Of a stretch of 64,000 nt of DNA, positions 48,591 through 60,674 are shown piece after piece. The DNA is taken from assembly GCA_001600815.1 (NCBI GenBank), contig BCKZ01000022.1, positions 1-64,000 on the forward strand, read 5' to 3'. Position numbers and translations under genes: made by a program. The notes beneath the pieces were generated by a model. That model ran no database searches and was not told where the DNA came from. It was given only the letters and a program-made list of their open reading frames with translations. Positions within the stretch are counted from its first letter, which is position 1. Each line of letters begins with the position of its first letter. The stretch is from Alloascoidea hylecoeti. Its lineage: Eukaryota.

Positions 48591-50488
48591 TTTTTTATCA
48601 CTAATTTAAAAAGGTTCAATTGAATTGATTGAAGTTTAGATATGTATGTAGATTCTCTGCCGATCGAGATATCATTTTATTTATATACCTTATATATATT
48701 TTTATATGCGTACTCATTAATCCCCTTTGAAAATTGCAATTGCAGTATTTTAAGACGAAGAAAAAAAAACTTTATATTTAAACCTTATCCGTCAACAATT
48801 ATACCGAATATAGCTAGTTTATAGACAAAGTTTCATAATAAATACCTATACAAATCTTCTCCAATACCGTATAAGAGTCAACTGCGAGGATATGTAAGAT
48901 AATTATTACTATATGGTCAATGGCTAAGCAAATATATTCCAATCGTTTATGATGGATATTATAATTTGTTAGAAAGTGAAACATTGCAGTAAAAAAGTTC
49001 TTATTCAGATAATAAACGAACGCATATGGAGATTTTACCATGATTTTATACCTTAATATATTTCATTAATTAAGTTTGAAAGAACTTTAAAACACCTAAA
49101 TATATGGTTAATTAATTATATATATATATATATTATAATAAGAATCATACGATTGAGCTTACCTTTTCAATCAAGTAGGTCAATGTTTAAGCGCTGAAGA
49201 TGGATCCGGAACTTGAGAAATCGGTATTTGTGGCACAATTGCGATTTAAAAAAAAATGGAATCATAATATTAATTAAATACTGTACAGCTATAATCTGAG
49301 ATACGTAACTTACTATTGAACAGCTATAGATAGGCCTGAAACTGGTAGTATAGGGCCATAGGCCTATATTTAAATCTAGCACTATACCCAGCTCCATACT
49401 CTAAGTAAATTCTGTTTGAGAAATGTGAAATTATAATTATATTGTGCTAAATGCATAATTATGTAAAATTATTTATAATTTGGACAGGATTGAAATTTAA
49501 ATAATTCAACAGTTAATAGCTACATGTAGTTGTTTTCAATCAATTTGAAACTAACATTATAATGAAAAATATTGGTTGTTGATTGTACAGTTTTTGATGC
49601 GCGGAGCTCTTGATTGGTGCATGCTAACTTCTAGTTAAGTATGTCAAACTGGGAAGGTGACTTTTATCAACAACTTTGTCCATTAATAGATCGAGGAATT
49701 GGAAGCTTAGGTCTAATACTCAGTTATAAGGGTGGGTTTATCGATATCTTATTCTGCAGAGTTGCAACAAAAAATCGTAAAAGTGTATTATAATCTTAAG
49801 AGTTATTTTTAGATGAACAAAATCTCCATCTAAAGCTAAGGGAACCAACTATTGATTATAACTTATATCTGATCATGATGTTCTGGTGTACGACGTACGC
49901 GTGACAGCTCAATGGCAGGTAGGAAACTAATAAAAATAGGTCCAGATCAAGATATATAATCAAAAATATAACTACAGTTATAGGTGTACCTTATACATAT
50001 AAATATTTATACCTTTACATAATTACATGAAATCATATAAACGTTAACAGATCTGATTAATTGCAAACAGATAAAACACTAACTCTCTGACAATTTCAAC
50101 AAGCTTAAGATTTATCTCAGGTATTTTAATATTTTACTTTATAAATTCTTAATTTTAAACTTGCTACCTTTTTAGCGTTGATGTTTGATGGTTGATAGAA
50201 ATAGGCATTAATATTACATTACATATAGAAAAGTATCCTAACTCTAGATCTAGAGTCTAGATATTCCTTACTGATTTGTTGATAGAGTGATGACGACGTT
50301 TAATCAAATTTAGAATTCCACTATTATCCAGCGTGAGTATTCAGTTACTTTTACAGGCACTAATATTAATAAATAATTCTCAGTGGTATGTTGCTTCTTT
50401 TTAGATATATATTATTGATTATAATTCTATACTTTCAATTGAATTACAGGAGTAATCGTTTCAGTCAAGATACTGCCACACTTTTAAC

Positions 50489-50508
50489 TTTTTTTTTTTT
50501 TTTTTTTT
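50489..50508. repeat. Poly(T) run of about 20 nt (poly(A) on the minus strand)
   Basis: Directly visible homopolymer. Confidence 0.95.
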
Positions 50509-50599
50509 GATTTTACTCAATGTAGGAAACTTCTTAAAATAGGGTTCAACATCTCCATACTTTGACACATTCTGTTATCATTTTCAAGAAACTATATAG

Positions 50600-50690
50600 T
50601 TTTTAGGATTTGTGATCGGAGTAAATATCGCAATAAGTTCTGAAGTGTTTGCTAATTTTGATTATGATTAAAGATCCTATTTTAATTTGA
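50600..50690 (-). mobile_element. Short Ty3/gypsy-type RNase H relic
   Basis: Translation LIIIKISKHFRTYCDIYSDHKS* resembles the gypsy RNase H motif LKHFRHYL...IYTDHKSL. Confidence 0.45.
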
Positions 50691-50704
50691 AAGAATTTCA
50701 ATAT

Positions 50705-50955
50705 AGATTGGCCTTTTGATCCTCCTATTTGTCCTGTTACCATGTTTAATATTGTTCCATATATAGCTTCTTGTACATTAAATCATCTTGAACCTATGAT
50801 TTTTTCATTATTATCTGNTAATATATGTAATCCTAAAATTACGAATAATATTGTTATTATTAGATATAAACTAAAATTTGTAAAATTAACTGCACTTAAA
50901 TTAAAAAAAGGTGCTTATTTCAAACTGATCTAAAGGAGATAATATATGTCATATA
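50705..50955 (-). pseudogene. ATP6: NUMT: 5' part of mitochondrial atp6
   Basis: SPLDQFEI...NFTNFSLYLIIT...NNEKIIGSR(TGA=W)FNVQEAIYGTILNMVTGQIGG. The in-frame TGA sits at the conserved Trp, and ATA codons are frequent. Confidence 0.92.
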
Positions 50956-51837
50956 GATTTTTGTTTAATTTTATTTTATTTTTTCCAGAATAAAAGCTAT
51001 AATTATTTATTATAAATGATATAAACTATCTGGTACATCTTATTGGATGGTTCGATATAGCTTTCTAACACAAATTGTAGTCGGCAGATCGATGGAACCA
51101 AGAATTAAAGTTCATAGATTTTATCAACTTTCGGTACGTACGCGTGATATTTCTTTTTGAGTGGAATATTTGGAACAGATACTATATATATAGAGTACAG
51201 CTCAGTAACAAAATACTATGAAAAAAGCAATCTATGAACTACTTTCGTTTTTCCATTTCCAACAAGTTATAAATCTAAAATAGGAAATAATTCAATTATG
51301 CAAGTTTAACTTTAATTACAAAAACTGTCCTGGTGAGCAAGCCCAAGATGCTTCACGAAAAGATAAGAACAGTATAAGAACGCAAGATTTCTGAAATTAA
51401 ACGCGTCATATTGTAGTTCGGATCTTCCTTTAGCTAGTAAAGGGTCAACTCCTCTCAGATATCAAAACAATCACCCGTGTAAAGTGCCCTACTGTGCCCA
51501 GATACAATGAAAAGTGCCCCACTTTCTACAAAACTTTAGCAAAAATTTCAGAGATAAGATGATTTTCATGCAAGATAATTTTCCTACTCACAAAACTGGT
51601 GATACCATGCCATAGTTTGAAGATACAGAGGAAGTAATTGAAGTGATGCAGTGACCTGTCACCCGCGTTATCTAAACTCAATTAAGAAAAAGTGCAAATC
51701 TGAATTATTAATGCGCACAATAAAAGTCTGTGAATAATAATATAAGTAAATTAGTCATTATCAGCATGTTCAATTCGTAAAAATATATAACTATTTATAA
51801 TATTTATTTCGTTAATAATTAAGCATCCACTTTAAGA

Positions 51838-52075
51838 TTAGTAACCAAAATCTTAATATTTGTCTTTATGATTAATAAGTTCTTGAAATCCTCCTTCAAT
51901 TGTATCCTTTACGTCAATCTTACCAGTAATCATTTGCCTTGCCTTGTCCATAGACAGTTTACCTGATAAAGCTTCTACAACTTGTTCAAAATCAAGTCTA
52001 ACTTAGCCCATACCAGTAACAAATTTTTCCTGGAGTGTCACATCCATCAGATAAAAATCAATTGGTTTATGGGCT
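51838..52075 (-). pseudogene. BDH1: 3' fragment of 2,3-butanediol dehydrogenase (BDH1-like MDR)
   Basis: HKPIDFYLMDVTLQEKFVTGMG*VRLDFEQVVEAL...MITGKIDVKDTIEGGFQELINHKD/NIKILVT, with one stop and one frameshift. Confidence 0.85.
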
Positions 52076-52428
52076 TGATGTACCAGTCGTCGGGAATTTT
52101 GAGAATTTCAAACACCTGACTTACGCGTCGACAGAAAAAACCATAAAACCATCAGCTTGTAGAATTGTCAAAAGTATAATATTAAAGGAAGATAAAAAAG
52201 TTTTCCTCTGATACGAATAAATATTCAAGTATCCTATTGTGTTCTTTCTTGCATCAAGAAATAGTCTGATAATATAAAAAAGCAATTCAAAATAACCCTC
52301 CGAAGAATGTTCAAAATTGACAATAGCAGACGATTGTAAGCGGATGTTTTATTCCATTCATCTGTTGAATTGGTGGAAGTGTTTTGAGTTGTAGTGTTAG
52401 AAGTTGATGTTTTAATAAATTAGTAAAT

Positions 52429-52613
52429 CAAGAGTTCTGACTTAAGTAAGAAATCTCTGAAACCAGTAGAATGGATACCGACGTAACTTCCTTTCTTATC
52501 ACCATCACCGCCAGCCTCAGCTGCGACCTCCCCTATGGTTTGGTTTCTGTTGGAACTGTAATTTCCTCTGAGTCAGAATAATCGAGGAGTTCTTCTTCGG
52601 CCTCGTTCGACAT
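52429..52613 (-). pseudogene. SUB2: 5' fragment of DEAD-box helicase Sub2/UAP56
   Basis: [18 protein letters not shown].../...[25 protein letters not shown], with one frameshift and an abrupt end. Confidence 0.93.
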
Positions 52614-53705
52614 TGTTTGTTTAAGTCGATAAAATGGATTAAATTGAGTTAAAATGAATAAAAAAAGTCTTTTTTCCGGTTGAACTGAAAACACAAAAAG
52701 AAAAAGATAATGTGATGGTTGTTGAAGATATGTTGTAAATAGAAGAGGGTCTGAGAATTAATCTATTCCGTGAGAAGAATTTTCCTGTCTCAATGGATAC
52801 TTGCAATTGTGTAATATCCATGACTGCTATTTGACTACAAATATTATTGTTGAAATACTCTTTCTGACCCAACCAATATGCGAAATTGATTGATATGAAA
52901 TGAGTTTGTATCATTTATTTCGGCGTATAGATATCCTCCGCCGTTGGATTTTTGATAGTATGAAAAGTATATACCAGCGTTTGGATTGAAAAAGAGCATT
53001 CGGTTACTCGCTTGTCCTTATAGTTCATTCTATTTCCTCAAATTGGTATAAACTCTAATTGCTATCGCTGAAAAGAAATGTTAAAACTCTTAATATAATA
53101 GACAATCAGTAGCATATCAAAAAATGAGACCATTCATGGATAAACCCAACAATAAATACCGTTCATATATAACAATTTACTAGCTTAAATGAGCTTATCA
53201 TCATGAAAATATTTGGGTATCGTAGCCATATACCGGTATCTTAAGGCTCGATATTACCCAACCAATTACAACTATAAGATAATCTTACGTGTAAAACGTT
53301 TTGACACCTATTTATGACGTGACAAAATAATCTAGATTAGATTTCCAATCGACTTTTATAATTAGTATTCTACTTCTAATTTAATAATAATATTATAAAC
53401 AATTATATATTTAATCAAATTTTTATATACTACTGGATTTTTTAAACTTGATTGTCATATCACACACGTGACTCTAATAAATACCTTACCCTCCTTTTAA
53501 GAGCTTTGAAATAATAATATTTCAAGAAGAATAATAATATAACATTAAACACAAATGTTTTAAATTTTTTTTATAATTTAATTATAAAGATTCATATAAT
53601 ATTTCATTATCATTTATTAAAAAAGTCATAATGACAGCAATAATAAAAGTTTCATATTTGTGTGTGATTCTTAAAACCCAAGAATATATAATTTTTTATT
53701 TAAAA

Positions 53706-54536
53706 CTATTGTTGATTGCTTGATGGATTGATGGCTTCTTCATTCTCTTTTTCAATTGTAGGTTTCTGACCATTTGTATTACCATTGTCAGTTGGCGTAA
53801 TAGTAGCAGTAGATTTTAAAATATTATCATCTTTAGGATTATTATTTTCATTTGAAGTAATTTGTTGTTCCGATAGTGGTTGTTGTAGTTGTGATTGATC
53901 ATTATTTTTTGTGCTTATAGCTGAATTAGGTAAAGTGTTTGTTTCAATGGATTCATTAGTATTTGGATTTGGATTTATATTTGCAATTCCTTCAGGATTT
54001 GTAATTGAGTTTGAAGTTGGAATTTGATTTGGAGTTGGAATTTTATTTGTAGGAGATTTAGAGTATCTTCTTGTCGGAGATGTTGACCTTGAACGATATG
54101 AAGAACCAGAGCGTAGAGGAGAATGAGAACGGGAACGAGCTGGAGAACGAATTGGGGAACGAGAACGGGAAATCGAACGAGAACGAGTTCTTGAAACGGG
54201 AGTCCTTGAACCTCTTGAACGCGAAACAGAACGTGAATCTCTATCACGATATCCCCTTCTTCGACGAGGATGATCCTTCCTTCTAGACTTTGCGTACTCC
54301 ACACTGAGTATATCACCTCCTGGTATTCTCCTGTTGTGCATTTCGTAGTAAGCATCTTCAGCATCGTATGGATCTTCAAATTCAACAAAAGCATACGGTT
54401 TCTGAGACACACGAGGAGCCGGAATATCACATCTTATAAGTCTTCCAAACGACTCGAATTCGTATGCCAAATCACGGGCTCTGATTTCCGAGGAAAACCC
54501 AGTCACATGCAGGGTTCTTTTGTGAGGTCTTCCCAT
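53706..54536 (-). CDS. SR-type splicing factor (single RRM plus RS domain; Srp1/SRSF-like)
   Basis: TLHVTGF..IRARDLAYEFESFGRLIRCDIPAPR...YAFVEFED..DAEDAYYEMH followed by RSRS repeats. Confidence 0.9.
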   Translation of the reverse strand: MGRPHKRTLHVTGFSSEIRARDLAYEFESFGRLIRCDIPAPRVSQKPYAFVEFEDPYDAEDAYYEMHNRRIPGGDILSVEYAKSRRKDHPRRRRGYRDRDSRSVSRSRGSRTPVSRTRSRSISRSRSPIRSPARSRSHSPLRSGSSYRSRSTSPTRRYSKSPTNKIPTPNQIPTSNSITNPEGIANINPNPNTNESIETNTLPNSAISTKNNDQSQLQQPLSEQQITSNENNNPKDDNILKSTATITPTDNGNTNGQKPTIEKENEEAINPSSNQQ

Positions 54537-54700
54537 TTTCGTGAAGTGAACAGAAGGAGGTTTGACTGAGATGAGATTAGCTGAAAATTAAAGTGTGGCA
54601 ACCCGGGTTGGGTGTACGGATGTTAACATTGCTCTCCCAACATTTTTTGTATAAAAGAAGCTCGCTCGCCACTTTTTTACTCCAACAGCCTTCAATTTTA

Positions 54701-56363
54701 ATGGAAGAACTACACAATCTGGCTTTTGGCAGGCAACAGGCCGTTTGTGCGGATCCAGCTGCTCTAAAACTTCCTTCTCTTCCATTTCATGTCCCGGACT
54801 GGCCTGCTGGGTCGGCCGAGTCCTCAGATCCACCAGACCTGAAATATAAGCTCAAGATTTCAGGAGTGCCCGAAACATCAAGGGTGGAGACTCAGATCAA
54901 AATCAAGTTAGAACTGTCCCCAAAACCAGAAGAGTTATTACTTCATTTACCACCAGATACAATCCCCAAGCCAAAATTTAGATTACAGCATTTATACAAG
55001 GAAAGCGTAAACACTTTAATGTGTGAGACTTTTGTGGTTGGGAAATCTGCAGCGAATGCTTTTCGAGAGGTTAACTGTTGTAAAAGATGCACAAGACGAG
55101 AAATGAAAAGAGCTGCACGTAAAAAATTAAATAATGCAAATAATAATCTCGGGAATAACAATGAACTCGGAGAAGATGGAGGTTGGAGTGAACGTTTTGA
55201 TCGCAGGGCCGTCATTTTCAACTGTAAAGAAGTATTACCGTTGAATTCCACCAATTCGAGTAAATTCGTGGAGATCCCAACTCGAATAGTTTGTTATTGT
55301 CGACATCATAACGAGCCACGCGGCTTTAGATTACTCATCATAGTTAAGGATTCAACTGGCAAAATCGTGGCCGGAAATGTTTCTTCTCCGATTATGATTA
55401 TGGATAAGAAAAAATCAGCTTCTTCTGTTCCTAAAATTAATAGTCCATTACCAAATATGAACAATACTAGTAATTTTATGAATTTTTTGGAAACTCCTCC
55501 TTCTCCTTTATCAAATAATGACTCTTCATCTGAGGTGCAATCTTCTACAACTGCAACTACGGATTTCGGTTTCCATTATACAAATCCCTACGATAGATCA
55601 TCAATCTATGATGATTCATCTTCACGGCCATATAAGAAGCGAAAGGCTGAAAGTATGCCGTATAGCCCTGGTAGTACAACAACTACAACTGCTTCTGATG
55701 GTTATTGTGTTACAAAACCAAGAAATCCAAAGCAAAATAATAATAACAACTCTAATAGATCTTTATCTCCAAATACATTAACAAATGAAATAACACAATC
55801 TCTTAAATTTTCAAATTCAAATAATAACAATTCATTAAATGTTCTAGATTATCAATCTCAATTAAATGGAGAAAATTCATTTTTAGAACAAGGTTCATTA
55901 TTTCCTGATTTGGATATTATGTTATCCCCTCATCATTCATCTCTTGATCTTGATGATTTAGATCATAATCTCGATCATGATTCTGATATGACAGGTACAG
56001 GAAATGAAAGTCTATCTAATAATCATAGTTTTAACGTTGCTGCTGCAGATTCATTAACGATATCATTATCGGATCCTTTATTACAGTTTACAATACCTGA
56101 TCCAACGCAACCAATCATTCAAAGGGTTATTCCATCTCAGGGTCCGATGCGTGGAGGGGTAGAAGTCACACTACTAGGATCTAACTTTTATCAAGGTTTA
56201 CAGGTTAGTTTCGGTAACAATAAATCTTTAGCTTCTCATTGTTGGGGTGGGAATACTATGGTTACATATTTACCTCCTGGTGATATGCCGGGTCAAGTAG
56301 TTGTTGCTTTATGGGCTCCAACGAATGAAAATGAAAATAATAATTCAAATAACAATAATAATA

Positions 56364-56410
<47 letters not shown>

Positions 56411-58663
56411 CAAAACAATAGTAATAGCCCTAATGCAAATGTTGATTTAGGCATTGGTAATGGACAATTAACTTCAATGAATACAAATTCATTATCAACA
56501 ATGTCTCAATTTCAAGGTTTATCATTAATTGGTAATTCAAATGTTATATTTACATATCTTGATGATACAGATAGACAATTAATTGAATTAGCTTTACAAA
56601 TCGTTGGATTAAAAATGAATGGTAAACTAGAAGACGCAAGAAATATTGCTCGTCGTATTGTTGGTAATTCAAATGGTAATTCAAATAATAATGGAGGAAA
56701 TAATGAGATTACTTCTGGCTTAAAAGAAAATGATAATTTTAATGATGATATTGAATCAATTATTATTTCATTATTATCTTTAACTGATATGAAATCTCAA
56801 ACTAATAGTTCAAGTTCTAATAATAATTTAGCTACTAGTATTAATAATGGGGATGGTATTAAATCAAATAGTAGTGGTATGTTTTCACCAAATTTTCAAT
56901 TAACAACACCAGAACGTCAAACTTTATTACATTTATCAATCATATCAAATTATTATCAGCTATCTTTAATTTTATTAACTCGTGGTTGTAGAGTTGATTC
57001 TCAAGATGCAAATGGTTTAACTGCTTTACATTATGCTATATTATTTTCAAATACTAATAATGGGAATGGAACAAATAGTAATAAAAAAAGAAAATTAATT
57101 CAATTATTATTACATTGTAAAGCAGATCCTTTTATTAATGATAAATCTGGTAGAAAACCACAAGAATTAATTAAATTGGTTAATAATGGAATTAATAAAG
57201 ATTTAATTCCTTGGAATAATCGAAATGAATGGGTTAGATATATTAATAATGATAATAATTCAAGTAAAGGAAGTTCAATAAGTTTAACCGATTTATTAAA
57301 CAATCACGTTAACCATAATCTACATAATCAAAAAGATGCCAATACTAATGATATTGGTGGTGCTAAATGTGGTAGAAGTGGTTCAAGTAGTTCAATATCA
57401 AGTATGTTTAGTGTTAATAGTGAATCTTTTAGATTTCATGTATCTAGAATGATTGATGATACAGATAATAATGGCCATAATGTTATTGATGATAATGATA
57501 ATATTGTTGATGTTAACGATGATGATTTGTTATCAAATGATGAGGATTTAAGAGAAGATGATGAAGATTGGTTTGAATTTGGTGATCAAGAAGAAGTTGA
57601 TTTATCATTTGATAATGATGAATATTCACTTGCATCTGAAAATTTAAATTATGATTCTGATGAAGATGAAGATGAAAGTGATGATCATTATTATAGATAT
57701 GGCAGTGACACCGAAATCAATACAGATATTCAAAGGGATTCACAACATGGAAATGAAACAGAACTAGAAAGTCATAAAATCAAAGAAGATGATGATGAAG
57801 ATAAAATAAATGATATCAAGAATGAAGATGATGAAGATATTGATACAGATACAGATTCAGAAAATGAAAATAATTTATGTTCTGGTGATGAACTGATAGC
57901 CCAATTTTTAGAAACAAGACAATTTAAGGCAAAATCAAAAGAAATTAGAATAAATATTGAAGATCATGAAGCAGAATATGATGATGAAAATACAGATAAT
58001 AGTTTAAAAAAGAAACAAGAAATGGTTTTTAATAAAATTAAGAATGCATCAAGGGCAATATTTACTCAAATTAAACAACAACATTTAAAACAAAACAATA
58101 ATCAAAATAGCGATCAAATTTTTGATAATGATAAAAATCTCGAGGCAAAGAATATTGTTGATGATGATTCAAAAGTTCAAACTGAAAATAAGACAACTAT
58201 TGGTCAAGAAACTGACTTACCTAGATATGATGATTTATTCCCCTCATCACCACAATCTCAAGTATCACCGGATAAAAAACAAGAAATTGAATTAATTCAA
58301 GATACAACTACTGTTAATGATCATTCTACTTCTGTTGATGCTACATCATCTACCGGAGAATCATCTACATCAACAGAATCTGAATTTCAACGAGAACAAT
58401 TTTTAATGTCTCAATGGACAAAACAACGTAGACAATTGAATAATGATCGAATGTTATTTTTCTTTTGGTTACCTGTTTTATTAATTTTATTAACCATTGG
58501 AATGTGTCATTATTTAGATATTAAACCTAATTGGTTTGTTAAATGTGTTGAATTTAGTAAAACAAACTTAATTAAAGAATATGGAATTGATACAAAAATT
58601 GGTAAATTGATTGGAATTAATAAGAATAAATCTGTGAGTATAAATCTGAATGTTGTTGTATAA
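54701..58663 (+). CDS. MGA2: Spt23/Mga2-family ER-membrane-bound transcription factor
   Basis: SRVETQIKI, RIVCYCRHH, IPT/TIG domain (IQRVIPSQGPMRGGVEVTLLG), DRQLIELALQIVG, ankyrin repeats, C-terminal NDRMLFFFWLP transmembrane segment. The start is taken as the ATG at 54701. Confidence 0.93.
56336..56425 (+). repeat. (AAT)n coding microsatellite (poly-Asn) in MGA2/SPT23
   Basis: Visible AAT array inside the IPT/TIG region. Confidence 0.95.
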
Positions 58664-59864
58664 AGTGATAGATATAAACGATAAAAGAATTGAATATGAT
58701 TTTGTTTTTGCTACATTAATGTTAGTATGTTATTGATCGTTTTTATTTCGTTTATGGCTGGGATTTTTTTATGAGAGAAAATAGGAAGGAAAATAATAGA
58801 TATCGATATTATATTCAGCAGCTAGTTTATAGCCTTTTTTAATATTTTTATATTATAACCGTTTTATTTACCTTGATAGACATAGTGAGACCCATGCCCA
58901 ATATTTTTTGTTTTGCCTTGCTGTGTTTTTTTGTTTTGTTATATTTTGGTTTGGTTTGTTTCGTGTTCTTTTGCTTTGCGATATTTTTTTAATTTTATCT
59001 TTATTTAAAATTTTATACCTATACCAACCAAATTTTTTTTTTCCTATAATTTTGAGTTGTCTTCCTTATAGTATTTTATATTCAAAGCAGTTAATAATAA
59101 TATAAATTAACTTGAATAATTTTACCATTATATTAATTAGAGTCTTGTACCATAGTTTTAGATGAAAATAAAGATTGAAATAATAAAATAGATCATTACG
59201 GTCTATGGTCCAAAAAATTAACGGTACCGATTTTTGGATGAATCGCTCTAATTCCTAGACGAATAAATTAACTAATTAAACCCCAGGAATTCCTAATTAT
59301 TGTTCCAAAAGACATGGAAATAACTAAGCGAATATTCTGAAAAATATACAAATGATTATAAATCCAATCGCTAAAATTTTAAATTGTTAGCCAATTAATT
59401 TGAAGCGTTGTGATTAAAAACTTTTATGCGATTCACCAATTACTACATGCAGGTCCCTACATTACGAATGATTCTCTTACAAAATCATTACTATATTAAC
59501 TTTTATGGCAATAAATCAAATACTTTTCTTATATTATGTAAACTAACTTTCAAAATATTGGCTGATTAATTAACGCATTTGATGCTAATAAATCCTAAAC
59601 AACTTTCTGATATTATGCGAAAAGATCTCTAAGGCAATGTATACAATGAGAAATCTGCCTCATCATGTATATGTAGTGGACAGTACCGATGTAAAATATT
59701 AGCGAGCGGGGTACTGTAAATTGATATACAACACATAAATAATAATAGTTGATAAATGGAATAATAATATTTTATCTCAGGCTGACCTGAAAGTTATATA
59801 AGGACCCTCTTGTACCCTATTTGTCATGGTTAATTTTTCTACATCCTCCTAATACTAATTAATT

Positions 59865-60674
59865 ATGTCTGACTTTGATATTGAAAAGGGTGGAACTGAA
59901 ACAACCCCACCAAACGAGAGAAATCAAGCTCCTGTTCAAAGAATAAAAACATCCGGTGCCAATAATGAAATTGTCCATATTGGAGACACAATGGTCTATA
60001 AAGATGAATTTATCAGAGCGTTTGGTGGTTCTTTAGTCCCTGGGTTGATGCATAGGCCAGTCCACAAATTTGCCAATCCGGCTCCTCTTGGTTTATGCGC
60101 TTTCTCTCTGACAACATTTGTTTTATCTCTATGTAATGCTCAGGCACGATCAGTGACTACTCCAAACATTGTTGTTGGATTGGCCTTTTTTTATGGTGGT
60201 CTTATTCAATTATTAGCGGGTATGTGGGAAATGGCGGTAGAAAATACATTCGGTGCAACGGCTTTGTCATCGTTTGGTGGCTTTTGGATGTCCTATGCCT
60301 GTATACAAATTGATGGATTTGGAATTGTGTCTGCTTATGGTGATAATAAAAGTGAATTACAAAGCGCCATTGGATTTTATCTTATTGCTTGGTTTATATT
60401 CACATTTATACTGGTCCTATGTACGGTGAAATCTACTGTTGCTTTCTGCGCATTATTTTCATTTTTGGATTTAACTTTCTTAATGTTGGCTATTGGTGAA
60501 TTTCAAAATAGTATCGGATGCACAAAAGCGGGAGGAGTTTTAGGGGTTATTACTGCTTTCATTGGATGGTATAATGCTTACGCTGGTATTGCTAATCATG
60601 AGAATTCTTACCTCAGTATCAGACCATTTTATCTTCCTGGTAGTCAACAAAAGCCAAGCGATACTAAAAAGTAA
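59865..60674 (+). CDS. ADY2: Gpr1/Fun34/YaaH acetate/ammonia transporter
   Basis: AFGGSL, FANPAPLGLCAFSLTTFVLS and FYGGLIQLLAGMWE. Confidence 0.95.
   Translation: MSDFDIEKGGTETTPPNERNQAPVQRIKTSGANNEIVHIGDTMVYKDEFIRAFGGSLVPGLMHRPVHKFANPAPLGLCAFSLTTFVLSLCNAQARSVTTPNIVVGLAFFYGGLIQLLAGMWEMAVENTFGATALSSFGGFWMSYACIQIDGFGIVSAYGDNKSELQSAIGFYLIAWFIFTFILVLCTVKSTVAFCALFSFLDLTFLMLAIGEFQNSIGCTKAGGVLGVITAFIGWYNAYAGIANHENSYLSIRPFYLPGSQQKPSDTKK

Noticed and set aside
53340..53472. Point centromere (CDEI GTCACGTG followed by an AT-rich tract)
   Set aside because: No CDEIII CCGAA core at the expected distance; the same holds for the other CACGTG sites.
53975..54569. Short antisense or alternate-frame ORFs overlapping real genes throughout the track
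   Set aside because: Shadow ORFs of the genuine coding sequences.
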